DNA of 64,000 nucleotides from Antedon mediterranea. Lineage: Eukaryota > Animalia > Echinodermata. Position 1 is the first letter of the stretch. Every line of letters starts with the position of its first letter. The stretch covers positions 38,862,388-38,926,387 of the forward strand of contig NC_092670.1 in the NCBI RefSeq assembly GCF_964355755.1. Reading direction: 5' to 3'. The notes under the pieces are model-generated. The model saw only the letters and a program-made list of their open reading frames with translations. It was not told where the DNA came from and did no database searches. Below are positions 41,068 through 52,126 of the stretch, one piece after another. Made by a program: the position numbers and the translations under genes.

Positions 41068-41275
41068 AGCTCTGTCTATACTATCAACTTTTTGTGAAAA
41101 CAAAATTGTGATATGCCCATATATGGACATGATAATGTCATATCACTTACCATATTTGGGTATATCACTACCATATTTGGGTATATCACTACCATATTTG
41201 GGTATATCACTACCATATTTGGGTATATCACTACCATTTTTTTTGTCAAACTAGTTTGATAGTGTAGACAGAGCT
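41068..41275. mobile_element. MITE family A, copy 11 (expanded internal minisatellite)
   Basis: TIRs, TAA/TAA flanks, four tandem taccatatttgggtatatcac units. Confidence 0.85.
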
Positions 41276-42029
41276 TAATGCAGTCCTCAAAATTAGATAG
41301 AACAAAATCTGTTTTACTGTTTATTTATAAATTCATCAAATCAATTAATAACGTATTGTTTGTGCAAAATAGTTCGACAGGGTTTTAGTTTACAATTTAC
41401 AATATTTTTCTGGTGAGTATCACTGAATATACTCTACATCATTGGACAACTTATTTGTGAATAGTAATTGTATCTTTTTAAATCGTAAAACTATTGCGCT
41501 TTCGGTGATAATATATGTAAATAAAGTGCTTATATTTGAAGAAGAAAAAGAAAGTTTTATTTCACTTGTATAAGGAGCAATATAGCTTTTAGACATTTTA
41601 TTTTAAATACCATTTGGTAAATTGCTGTAATTTGCGAGTTGCAGGACAGAGAATGGCTACAGTAGCTAACAGTACACTGAATAGAGGTACAGTTAGTAAA
41701 TGGTATTAGTGCTCTGTATGTGTACATTCAGAGGTGCAATTAGCAAATGTTAATAGAGGTATCTTCCATTTTTTAGAATAGTCAAAGAATGTGTTGGCAT
41801 TCTTTGAAAAATAATTTATTTTGTACTAAACTCTGATGACCCAATAAAGTGATTTTCACTATGTAATCTGTGCTGTAATGTTTATTCAGTTTTTTCTATT
41901 GCTTAAAGGCCAATTTACACAGATGAGCCGTGGTAATGGTAAAAAGGTAAAGGTATTTATATTTGTCCTCAAGCTTAACTGGAAACTGAGGAAATTCGCA
42001 GAAAATCGCGTAGCTTGTCCCACATGGAG

Positions 42030-42091
42030 TCTTCATATATGGGTACATCACATTTTTTTGTCACATAAAGTTTGATAGTGTAGACAGAGCT
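42030..42091. mobile_element. MITE family A, copy 12 (one end)
   Basis: cacattttttgtcacataaagtttgatagtgtagacagagct. Confidence 0.75.
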
Positions 42092-42607
42092 TAAGTCAGA
42101 CAGCAGCAGTATTTGTATTCAGGTTTTGAAGGACAGTCAGCGCGCACCTAGGATTGGTAGCTCTAAAGATAATTTGATGATTCGACTTTTAAAGTCTGGT
42201 TGCTACCACCTGTTGGTACACTCACGTATAGTATAATGTACGCTCCAGCAGTACATTGAAACTGTCACACGGTCGAACACGTCATTTTCTCGCAAAAAAA
42301 CATTGTCACGTTTGTCAGGTGGGTCTTTTAATGCCACAGACTCTATATTTATAAAAACAATTTTTATGTTATTTTGATTTGTTGTCTGAGGTTTATTTTA
42401 GAATTTTTATGGGCTCTGTATTAAAAGACAAACAAGTTAATTTGTGGACAAGTTTTATCTGATTTTAATTTAACATATAAGGATAATCAAATACCCTATA
42501 ATTAATTATCTTTATAGCAGCTATACATTGTAATAAAATCACAACTTTAAACAGATCTCCAAAATGTTATACTGACTAAAAGGTTAAAAAAAGGTGTTTA
42601 GTGGAAA

Positions 42608-42729
42608 CAGTGGCAGATCAAAGATTTGAAATAGGGGGTCCCCGGTGCCTAAAAGTATAAATGAAGGGCTGAACTTAATTTAAAATCTGTGACCGGGCCG
42701 ATTGGGTACCCTCCTTGAGTCCGCCCCTG
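42608..42729. mobile_element. hAT-like MITE (CAGTGGCGGATC type)
   Basis: CAGTGGCAGATC...GAGTCCGCCCCTG termini; similar degenerate GC-rich inserts at ~3457-3620, 6748-6915 and 48980-49115. Confidence 0.55.
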
Positions 42730-44174
42730 GGAAACTGAGAACAGAGTATGTTTATAAAACTGTATGAAAGCTGGGTAGCGCTAACAAGGGCCAACCTCGG
42801 TACAACCTGTCCAGGGTTTCACCTTCCATGTTTGGGAACTGTACCATACTGGTGCCATAAGCCATGAAACACCTGTAACGTCAATCACATGGCTTATCAC
42901 TTTTTATGAGCCAATCACTTAAAAAAAAACAATGACCAATTTGACAGGAAGTTAAATGAAATTCAATAAATTAGTCGAAGGAAAGAACGAAAAACAATAA
43001 GCAGGTGATAGAAACGATGGGAAACGCTCGTTGAAAAAAGATCGAGTCAACGAGCCGTTGGATAACCCCTTAGAGACTTAGAAAATGAACAGTGAAAATA
43101 GAGATAGTTGTGTATAGAAAAACACTTATTATTAAAAATAAACTTGCAATTTTAAAAGTGTAAGTACGCATTTCCAATTTTTAGATACTCGGAAATATCT
43201 AGTTGATTTCTGTAACCTTGGATTGGAAACAAAAATGAAAGGTAAAAATACTTTAAATGAGATTTGATTCTAAAGAAGGATGTTGAACTTAAAGGTTTTT
43301 CTACACAACTGCAAGAGAAATAAACAATATGATTTGTAGATAGTTATTTTATTATTCTTTCAACAAATAATTCCTTTTGTAATATTATATAATTACTGTA
43401 CACATAATCGTACCATATTGGTGTATATTTTTTCAATATTGAAATTACATTTATACAGTAAAAATGTATTACAAATTTTTAAACCATGATTTATTTTTTA
43501 ACATAAAAAAGTCTAAAATTGGTAAAGTAATAAAATGTTAAATTATTGGGTTTTTTTCATTATGTTTATTATTTATAAATTAAAATACTTTGAAATGAAT
43601 ATATTATGATTTTTGTGGATCATAAAATTATACATAATTTTTAACTTTTAAAGTTAACTTTATACAGAAATTAAATATTATTTTACCAACCTTAATATAC
43701 TTTTCAGGAGCACAAGCTTTGACTTTGTAAACCAAACATTTAAAAGAAGATTTTATTTGTGGATGACTAGAGTAAAACAGTATCAACAGTTTCACATTTT
43801 ATTTCAAGTAAAGTTATCAAATTACATTGAAGGTAAGTATATCCCTTAGATATGTTGTTTTTTAGTTGGCAAATAATATTAGTCATGCTTATATATTGTA
43901 AGCAAGATTTAGTACAATAATTGATGTGTTAGCTTAATTAAAGTTAAGTTATATAAACTATAGGTGGCAGTAGATATCTTTCACAATTCTGTACTGTCTT
44001 ATTCATTACTGTAATTACACAATACAGATGTTTATAATTGACATGTCTGCAGTCCAGTATACAAAAGGTTGTCATTTATTTTTTCATATGAACTAAGTCA
44101 TTACTAAAATGCTTTAAAATTATTAAAACATTACAACATAAAGCATTAAAGTATAATTCTGTACATACTCCATG

Positions 44175-44331
44175 AGTGATGTAACGGCTATGAGCACTCA
44201 CAGGCTCAACCCAGGGGCCCCAGACCTTAAGTGGCCCCAGAGTATTAGCAGCCCAATGCACTTACCCAGCCTATGGGAGGGCCCCCTAGAAGTGCTAAAC
44301 CTGGGGCCTTTTCCCCTGCATTACACTACTG
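44175..44331. mobile_element. hAT-like MITE (related to 35955)
   Basis: AGTGATGTAA...TTACACTACTG with an exact 8-bp duplication ACTCCATG (44167-44174, 44332-44339). Confidence 0.75.
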
Positions 44332-44359
44332 ACTCCATGCAATAAATATTGCATCCTAA

Positions 44360-44559
44360 AGCTCTGTCTACACTATGAAACTTTATATGACAAAAAAATG
44401 TGATTTGCCATATATGAACATGATGATGTCATATCACTACTATATTTTGGTATATCACTACCATATTTAAGCATATCACTACCATATTTAAGCATATCAC
44501 TACCACATTTGGGCACATCACACTTGTTGTCAATTAACATTGATAGTGTAGACAGAGCT
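44360..44559. mobile_element. MITE family A, copy 13
   Basis: TIRs, TAA/TAA flanks, about four internal 21-bp units. Confidence 0.85.
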
Positions 44560-44915
44560 TAAGATGTATGTCTGGTATTATACTTTCATATTAAAGCGCT
44601 TTCAATCTGTGACTCTCTAGAAACTAGTTATATCATGTTATGTCATTATGTGTGTATGAATGGACATGTGATGTGTTCCTTCACTTGATTCCTCAACACA
44701 GTTTTGATGGATCAACATAATATTTGTAGGTAGTTTCAAATCATGACACGCAAACAGTGCATTAATAGCAACTTATAAGGATTCTTTGACATCTAATCCA
44801 TATTTTTCAAATTAAAGGAATGTTTTAGGAACATACTTTATTTATATTTCATCTTTATTTTATTTATTTATTTTTATATATTGCTTACACTTGATATTTG
44901 CAGAAGAGAACTCTT

Positions 44916-44950
44916 TTAGTCAATTTTAAAATTTTCTTCAGGAACTTTAC
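44916..44950 (-). CDS. AIG1: AIG1/ADTRP-family protein, exon 6 (terminal)
   Basis: Acceptor ttcttgcag; phase 1 fits exon 5; gives (S)KVPEENFKID*, a short charged tail like other family members. Confidence 0.7.
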
Positions 44951-46703
44951 CTGCAAGAATATAAATAAATGAAATTAATATTAAAAGATAAATATATAAG
45001 ACTTTCATAAATGCTACACAGACCAGAATTGGCTGGATTCTAGGATTGGGTAATAACAAATTACTCTCAGTGTGTGTCATGCTCATACATTTCTAAACAA
45101 CAACACCACTTGTTGGAAATTACTCCGCAATTTAACTATAAATACACTCAATATACATTATTACACCAGCAGTTTATTCAGGGCTCTAATATTGAACACT
45201 CATATTAAAATGAATCCACAATGTTTATTGGTTATTAAATTGACCTAATTTAACTGTCCAGCTGTCCACATTTATCCAATCATAGAGTCCCTCAATAAAC
45301 AACCCCCATTCACGATTGACGCTAAACATGCCCACCATGTACGTTTTGAAAATATGAAATCATTTATCTAAACTATCCACATTACTAATCCTAACATTAC
45401 GTTGTATCCAAGCAATTTACTCATTTTGCACAACAGAGGCTAGGCCCAGGATTTATTGATGGTTGCAACACTTGTGGGGGAGATTTGCCTGTCACACGTT
45501 CTTCACCTGTCCTGGTATTTTTTCTACAGGAAGTGATCTCATAACATATGGGAGATGACCTGATTTGTAAAGGGCTTGTGATTTCTCAAAATTTAAACAA
45601 ATTTAATTTTTTATAGTTCTTATCCACGTTTTACTATCACACATTTTGCAAAAAAATTATGTTAAATTGAGTTAACTTTTTATTTACCGTATCAAATTTG
45701 GGATTGCGCAATTTACTCGGCCATACTTAATTATTTCAACCGATCATGTCACCGGTTGGTTAAGTGATGAACGTATCTACTGACAATAGATTTTATACGA
45801 AGACACAGGGTTGATTAGCACAATTGTCCCTTCACAATATATGGCACGTTGCCAACGATGACAATCAACTTTTGGTAATGTCACTAACTGTAAGCTGGGG
45901 TTTGTGAAAATATTGTCACTAGCAATAAGCGGCAGTTTGTGACATTGTTACATAGAAAAACAGGGTTATTTCACATTGTGACTAACGCTAACAGTAAACA
46001 AATGGGGGTTTTCGTGAAATTTCATAGTTGCCAATGTGACATCTGCAGATATTCAGATAGTTGGCAATAGCTATATTTAGTTATGATTTGGTAACCTCTA
46101 AATGGCCTTCAATATTGAGCATGCACTTAAAAAGGAGTGTTGTGGCCCTGTTTCGTAACCTCAACAGTAGTGTAAAAGTGAAAGTACACAGTTTTGCAGA
46201 TACCAGTAGCATCAAGCCCCAGCAGCACCAGCAAGCCAATACATAACTAAATTCATTACTTACACTGAACTTAGCCTGCACTTTGCATTATTAGACTTCT
46301 GAAATTCATACTCTTTTTTGTCAATATTTAAGTTTCTTTTAATTTTTATCTATGTTTTCAATCCAGAACAATTTGATTTGATAATAAGTGGAAGTTTTGT
46401 GTATGAGGATAAATTGTTTTAAAGATAAAATAAAGTTATCTGTAACACTAATAGTACATATAGGGGTTACAATAGAATTGGTAAGAAAGTATTATAGACA
46501 AGGAGCTATTTGTCAACAATTGTAATAATGTTGTTTTCCATTACACCATCAGAAATGCATGTCATGTAAATATTTTGATAATAGTCCATCCTACAAGGAA
46601 ATTTACTTCAAAGGTAGAACACTAAAAAATGTGCCTTGCAATAACAAAGTTATGGGTTCCTATACTGTTTTTGTGTTTTTTTTACTGTACTTTCAGACCA
46701 ATA

Positions 46704-47208
46704 CAGTAGAACCTGTGTTTTACGTACCCTGATTTTACGTACGCTTAAAATAACCGATGACGTCATCATTTTCTTACATTGAGGGCGCAATTTAACAACA
46801 ACAAAGCACACAAAGCCACAATCATGGCTGTGTGGTGAGGAATTCTGCTGTGTGTGGGACAAGCTACGCACGTGCATTCCCCCTAAAGCAGCGACTGTTT
46901 TTAATATTGATAGAAAACAATTATATTTTACACTTTATTTAAACATCGCACAGCCTGTATATACTGTACTTTTCTAGTTAGGCCTCACATCTTGCTAGGC
47001 CTGCTAGCTTGGCCTGAATAGTCTAGGCAAGGCCTAGCTAGTGACCACCTGCATACTGTACAGAGAAGGGATACAGAAGTAGGCAAACACGGCTAGCTAC
47101 GATCTCTACGTATTTGGGGTCAATTTAAGGTCAACCTTGATTTTACGAATCCCTTATTTTACGTACGCCTTTCGGTCCCGTACCGTACGTAAAATGGAGG
47201 TTCTACTG
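46704..47208. mobile_element. pogo/Tigger-like MITE in the last AIG1 intron
   Basis: TA-CAGTAGAACCTGTGTTTTACGTAC...GTACGTAAAATGGAGGTTCTACTG-TA; 24-bp TIR with 3 mismatches; subterminal TTTTACGTAC repeats. Confidence 0.8.
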
Positions 47209-47613
47209 TACAAGTTTTGAACCCTGCAGGGTCCTTTATAAAGTAAATTTAGTCGAATACAGTCACAGTTCAAAAAGCAAGAAACCATGGAGAGAGATCA
47301 TTGTACAAGACTGCATTAAATGACCATCAGATACACCAAATTGAAATCCTTACTCACTCATGGCCAACTTTGGATACGTTTCAGAATGTCAAGTACATCA
47401 ATGTGATTGTTTTCTATAATAAACAAGTCATACATGCCTACATTCAAGACATTCGCAACTTATTTATCGCCATTTAAAAATTATATTTTTAGTCACATGC
47501 AACGAAATTCTACAGCTCACTATGTCGGTCAATTGGTAAACACTAACTTGAGCATGCGACTGCAGCCATGTATATGGCCATGTTAAACAGATATGGTGGC
47601 TTAATATACTTAC

Positions 47614-47765
47614 TCCATAATTTGGTTGTGATCATTTGTCCAATTGAATAAAAGCAGAGAAGGACGAATGCAGAAATCAATATAAATGCAGCAAATCCGG
47701 CACCGGATAAAACACGAAACACAGGATATACCCAGATATCCATCACAAAGCCTAGGTATAGGATC
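47614..47765 (-). CDS. AIG1: AIG1/ADTRP-family protein, exon 5
   Basis: tttag|G...A|gtaagt; (W)ILYLGFVMDIWVYPVFRVLSGAGFAAFILISAFVLLCFYSIGQMITTKLW with the family WVYP motif. Confidence 0.92.
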
Positions 47766-48454
47766 CTAAAAATAGATATGCACGGAAATTTGAAACGAGT
47801 TATTAATAGTTTAAAATTAAACAACTCAAATACTTACCTCAACTTATACAGTACTGTATACATATGCTGGAATATTCATTCGAATAAGTTTGAGTATTAT
47901 TTTGTAGTTTTTATTTTAGTACGAGCAAACAGTTAAGCATAAAGGCTACCCATTCAAATACGCAAATTATTATACTTTTTGTGTGTTTTATATTTGGCTG
48001 TTTATATTCATATTTATTTATGTCGCAATATCTGACACGTCAAGACTATATCCAGGATTTTCACAGGGTTTTTTTTTTCCTCTTCAACTAAAGAAAAGAT
48101 AAATTTAGGCCTAGTCTAATAGATGAAAGTAATTTGCTGGAATAGGATTGGACAAAAATTGTCATGAGCTAGTCCAATTTAGTAGAACTTTCGCAGATAG
48201 TCTCAGCTTTTTTTACTCTTTCTCAAATCTTATGAGTTCTACTGGTTTGGACTGTCAATTATTTATTTAATTCTCATTACTCTATTTTACTCTAGGTGAG
48301 GTTATTTTGGATGTTAGCTACTGAAGGGAAATACAGTTGAAGTGGTCACCCTCGGATCCTGAAGGTGTACAATCTACAATAAATATGATTGGCTGATTGA
48401 GAGGGATTTTAAAACATTTTTTATTTTCAATTCACTGGCGAGATAAACACTTAC

Positions 48455-48570
48455 CATACAAGGTAGGACAAACCAATCACAAGACAGCCTCCAATTCCTT
48501 TTTTCCGTGATGGATAGTGATGCCGGACAATGAACATTTCAACGAGAAGCATCGGAAGTATGATAGAATG
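48455..48570 (-). CDS. AIG1: AIG1/ADTRP-family protein, exon 4
   Basis: ccag|...TG|gtaagt; HSIILPMLLVEMFIVRHHYPSRKKGIGGCLVIGLSYLV with the H.YPSR motif. Confidence 0.93.
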
Positions 48571-48677
48571 CTGGATAAAATAAAAAAGTTGATTAAAACA
48601 TGAAGCAATCTTGATGACTCTAGGAAACCCATAAAGAGTCAACCGGTTATGGAAAGTTGAAAACTACATGGAGCGTT

Positions 48678-48940
48678 TTAGGGACTCGAAATCAATCTAG
48701 AAGATTCTAGGGCTCCAAGTCAATCTAGAAGACTCCATGGCATGCCATGACATGACAAGTTCTAGGGCTCCAAGTCAATCTAGAAGACTCCATGGCATAG
48801 CATGACAAGTTCTAGGGCTCCAAGTCAATCTTGAAGACTCTATGGCATGACAAGTTCTAGGGCTCCAAGTCAATCTTAAAGACTCCATGGCATGACAAAT
48901 TCTAGGACTCAGTCAATCTTGAAAACTTAAGTTAATCCTG
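48678..48940. repeat. Minisatellite, ~45-55 bp unit, in AIG1 intron 3
   Basis: ttctagggctccaagtcaatct.gaagactccatggcatgacaag repeated about five times. Confidence 0.85.
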
Positions 48941-49200
48941 AAGAATGAAGGGCAATCTTAAAGGTTCCATGAGTTCATGCATGGCCGTAGCCACCAGTAC
49001 GGTTAGTAAGGTTTCAACTTGATCACTTTTCACAGAAGTCTTTGATAACAGAGTGTCTTGAACAGGGAATTGTTCTTGCGACAACCCACCACTTTATTTC
49101 TTGTGGCTACATCACTCTCATGGTAATGGTATCCTTGGCTGTTTGAACGTTCTAACTTATGAAAATATTAATTGTGTAGTTTTAGCAAAGGAATACTCAC

Positions 49201-49302
49201 CATGGCATGATTCATCCAACTAGGAAAGATGCTATCCAACCATTTTGGAAAAATAAGTTCTCGATCGACAGCATACAGACTCCAAAACACAGTTTGTACA
49301 AG
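49201..49302 (-). CDS. AIG1: AIG1/ADTRP-family protein, exon 3
   Basis: aacag|...|gtgagt; LVQTVFWSLYAVDRELIFPKWLDSIFPSWMNHAM with the FW..Y..DRELI.P and W.NH.M motifs. Confidence 0.95.
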
Positions 49303-49399
49303 CTGTTAAGTAATAGAAAAAAAAACGTAATACTGTATATTTACACCAGTTATCGGATTTAGTTAATAAGGGAAAAATTAAATTTTTTTTTTTACTTAC

Positions 49400-49534
49400 T
49401 GCAGCAAAAGGAAATGCAATACTTGCAAGAAACCCATCTCTGAGATCACAGCATTTTCTGCCAACTACGGTAGGACCTGATGTCTGTACAAGATCAGTTA
49501 CTGTAGCAAAGGCAAAATATGCAGCCTGGAAAAA
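49400..49534 (-). CDS. AIG1: AIG1/ADTRP-family protein, exon 2
   Basis: tttaag|...|gtaagt; FFQAAYFAFATVTDLVQTSGPTVVGRKCCDLRDGFLASIAFPFAA with the LRD...AFP motif. Confidence 0.93.
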
Positions 49535-50149
49535 CTTAAAAATAAATCAAGAATCGTGATTACTACATACAGTATTCCAACTAGTGCTAATTAAGAAAAT
49601 GAATTGAATATAAAATTAGGTTTTTTTTAGTAATTTATTATATATATTAATTATATCATGGAGTTTATACCTCCATGATTATATCAACATTGTCAATATC
49701 AATAAATACGAATTGTTAAACACCTTTAAAAACTTGATAAATACCCCAAAAAAATGAATATGAATTTGGTCTAAACTAAAGTGAGACGTTTCGGCCCACA
49801 AAGTGATGTTTCGGCACAAAAGTGATGTTTCGGCACAAAAGTGGGCCGAATCGTCCCACTACTGTCTGTGTAGGCCTACTTCTTTAATAACTTTATTTGT
49901 TTGTTTTTTGTAACTTGTTGTTGTTTAAATATTACTTTATCAAATTGTGCAGCACGATTTTGAAATCCTGTCTAGGCCTAGCCGAAATTCAAATTTAACC
50001 TTGCGCAATTTTAAATCGTTTATTTAATTTGCACATAACAGCTAGGCCTAGCCGGCTTAGGCCTAATCGGGGGCGGCCCACAGGTACGTCAACTGCAGGT
50101 CCCGACACTCTCTCCATCAAAATTACCAGCCAATCACTTGCAAACTTAC

Positions 50150-50314
50150 CAAACACCAAATGGTGAGAAATTTGAATTTTCCTCCATATTCATGCTGATG
50201 CGGTAGTTTGTGACGTACGTACATATGATCATAATACCATGTATACGCATAAACAGAAAATCCAAGTAAATGGAACAATGTAGAAAAAACTAGAGTTGAA
50301 TTATTATGGACCAT
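50150..50314 (-). CDS. AIG1: AIG1/ADTRP (FAR-17a) family membrane lipid (FAHFA) hydrolase, exon 1
   Basis: caaaATGG start; MVHNN...HEYGGKFKFLTIWCL|gtaagt; YGG..KFLT carries the catalytic Thr. Six exons splice in frame to 234 aa. Confidence 0.93.
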
Positions 50315-50640
50315 TTTGAAAAAGCTAGGCCTAAACCCACCGTGTGCGATTGCCACAAGTGTCTCTTCTTATCATACAAACAACCAACAGACAAGTAGGC
50401 AAGTAGAGGAGTTCTGTTCTATTTTAAATGTTGCTCCACTGGTTCAATTCAAATACTTAACTTTGCATTTATTAAATTTTATTCACATGGATTTATATGC
50501 GCATTGTGTAAATTGTCTCATTTTATATCTACTTCGTCGAAAAAAATAAAAATAAAAATATTTCATTATTATGCAGAAAGTTGCCTTATGAATAAAATTA
50601 TTAGTATTCGGTCTTCAATTCGTATGATAAGAAGAGACCG

Positions 50641-50687
50641 AGCGCCACCTATCAGCAGTTAAAATGTTTGAAGCTGGAGATGGCGCT
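50641..50687. promoter_or_regulatory. Divergent pair of CTCF-like motifs in the intergenic promoter region
   Basis: AGCGCCACCTATCAG and CTGGAGATGGCGCT both carry the AG(A/G)TGGCGCT core, in opposite orientations. Confidence 0.4.
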
Positions 50688-51038
50688 AGACAACATTTTC
50701 TTCACATCGAAGTTTTTTTTTTACACTGATCGGATGACGAAAAACAAAATATCAAAATGTATTGAATAATAGTTTTTTAGGAGTAGGGCCTACGATTACC
50801 GGCAGATAATTGTTGTATTATTATTAAGCATGTTTGTAGTTAGACTTGAGGACCAGAATAAATACCCCTTTTTGTATTATTATAAAATTAATTAATTCTG
50901 GCATGTTTCCAGATATTGAATACTGTATATAATACAGGATAATATTAAAAATAATACAAAATAATAAAAACAATATTAATATAAAAAAAGGAAAACAAAA
51001 ATTAAAAGTAAAATTATATAGTATTACAATATCTACTC

Positions 51039-51325
51039 TTATTTATTTATTTATTTTATGTCTTTAGGCACTGTGGCCAAGGATTACCAATAGTGAATTA
51101 ATCACTGTCCTATCAGATAGGTGGTAATCCCCCTGATACAGAGGCTATTGTGTGAACCAGTTCACCGGGGTAACCCCCTACTCTTTTTCGAATAATGAAC
51201 TGGGTTCTTTAAAGTACACACAGGTTATAACTGTGTACACTGGACCTACGGTTTATAGTCCTTATCCGAGAAGACTTGTTCCACCACCAGAACTAGGAGC
51301 GAGTCGGCCTCGAACCCTTGCCGAT
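51039..51325 (-). mobile_element. Deu/Nin-domain-type tRNA SINE
   Basis: Minus strand: B-box GGTTCGAGGCC, then cggataaggactataaaccgtaggtcc...ttaaagaaccc...cgaaaaagagtagggg, ending in a (TAAA)n tail. Confidence 0.75.
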
Positions 51326-51699
51326 GTTGTTGTTGGCTCTTTAGGTTCTCTACTGAAGTAGTGTAAAATGAAATAATCTTCGGGTTATATCAGGACAAAT
51401 ATTGTTACTGACAATAATTATTCCAAATTAATAGTAATATTTTAGTAAACTAAAGTTTTAAAGGTTAGCATATAATAAATAATAATATTTTTATGTTTGT
51501 TTGCAGTCTTTAAAGGCCTAGGCCTACTCTAGTCTGTTAGTAAATTCTGGCATATCTAGATTCGGAAGAGGATTTTTTTTTAAAGTTATACATTTTAGTG
51601 TGTTATCCTTCACTTGCATTGGTTAATTTTTAAATACTGTTTGAAATAATGATTATAATTTATTTATGTTTTAATTTATTAACGTTCTTTTGTAGCCAT

Positions 51700-51790
51700 A
51701 CTATTGGGAAAATCCAAATGGCCTCGCTTTCGCGCCTTTTGAGCTCCGATGACGTCATTTACAAACGCTGTGTTTGGCTGGTTTGGCAGC
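51700..51790 (+). promoter_or_regulatory. Probable promoter of the + strand zinc-finger gene
   Basis: CpG-retaining patch with kB-like GGGAAAATCC (51706-51715) and a perfect CRE TGACGTCA (51750-51757), 330-380 bp upstream of the ATG. Confidence 0.55.
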
Positions 51791-52086
51791 ATTATAATTT
51801 TCACAGTGATAGAAAGCCTTTTTCTGTTGTTAGTGTTAGGGATTTCTTCGATTAATATGATAATTTACCGAAGACGTATTTTCATGTGTTTGTAAATTCA
51901 AAGTATTATATTTAAATTGCTGAACACGTGAATTGTGTTACTTCACGAAGAAATTCTATCGAGAGGCCGTAGAAATTATTGTCTGAGCTATCCATTCCTG
52001 CGAGTTATTTTTATGTTGTCGTAGTGTTACGCACACAAGGACAGGGCTACCACCAGCACTACCACACAACAGCTAGACGGACAGAT

Positions 52087-52126
52087 ATGCCACGTCAAAA
52101 ACAATCCAATCCGAAAGCGCTAAAAC
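52087..52126 (+). CDS. First coding exon of a zinc-finger regulator with a NuRD-type N-terminal motif; probably HIVEP/Schnurri (FOG/ZFPM or Teashirt not excluded)
   Basis: ATG-MPRQKQSNPKALK+C|gtaagt: 40 nt, phase 1, consensus donor. Fits the M(P/S)RxKQxxP N-termini. No downstream exon recognised in the window. Confidence 0.75.

Noticed and set aside
41148-41236. 21-bp repeats as a CRISPR-like array
   Set aside because: Head-to-tail units with no spacers, inside a MITE, in a eukaryotic genome.
47543-47613. Read-through C-terminus of AIG1 exon 5
   Set aside because: A consensus gtaagt donor and a phase-compatible terminal exon at 44950 explain the end better; intron retention cannot be excluded.
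49784-49858. 20-bp repeats with an inverted end in AIG1 intron 1
   Set aside because: Looks like a small collapsed transposon remnant; too short to classify.
50315-50356. Upstream non-ATG extension of AIG1
   Set aside because: ATG at 50314 has strong context and gives a family-typical length.
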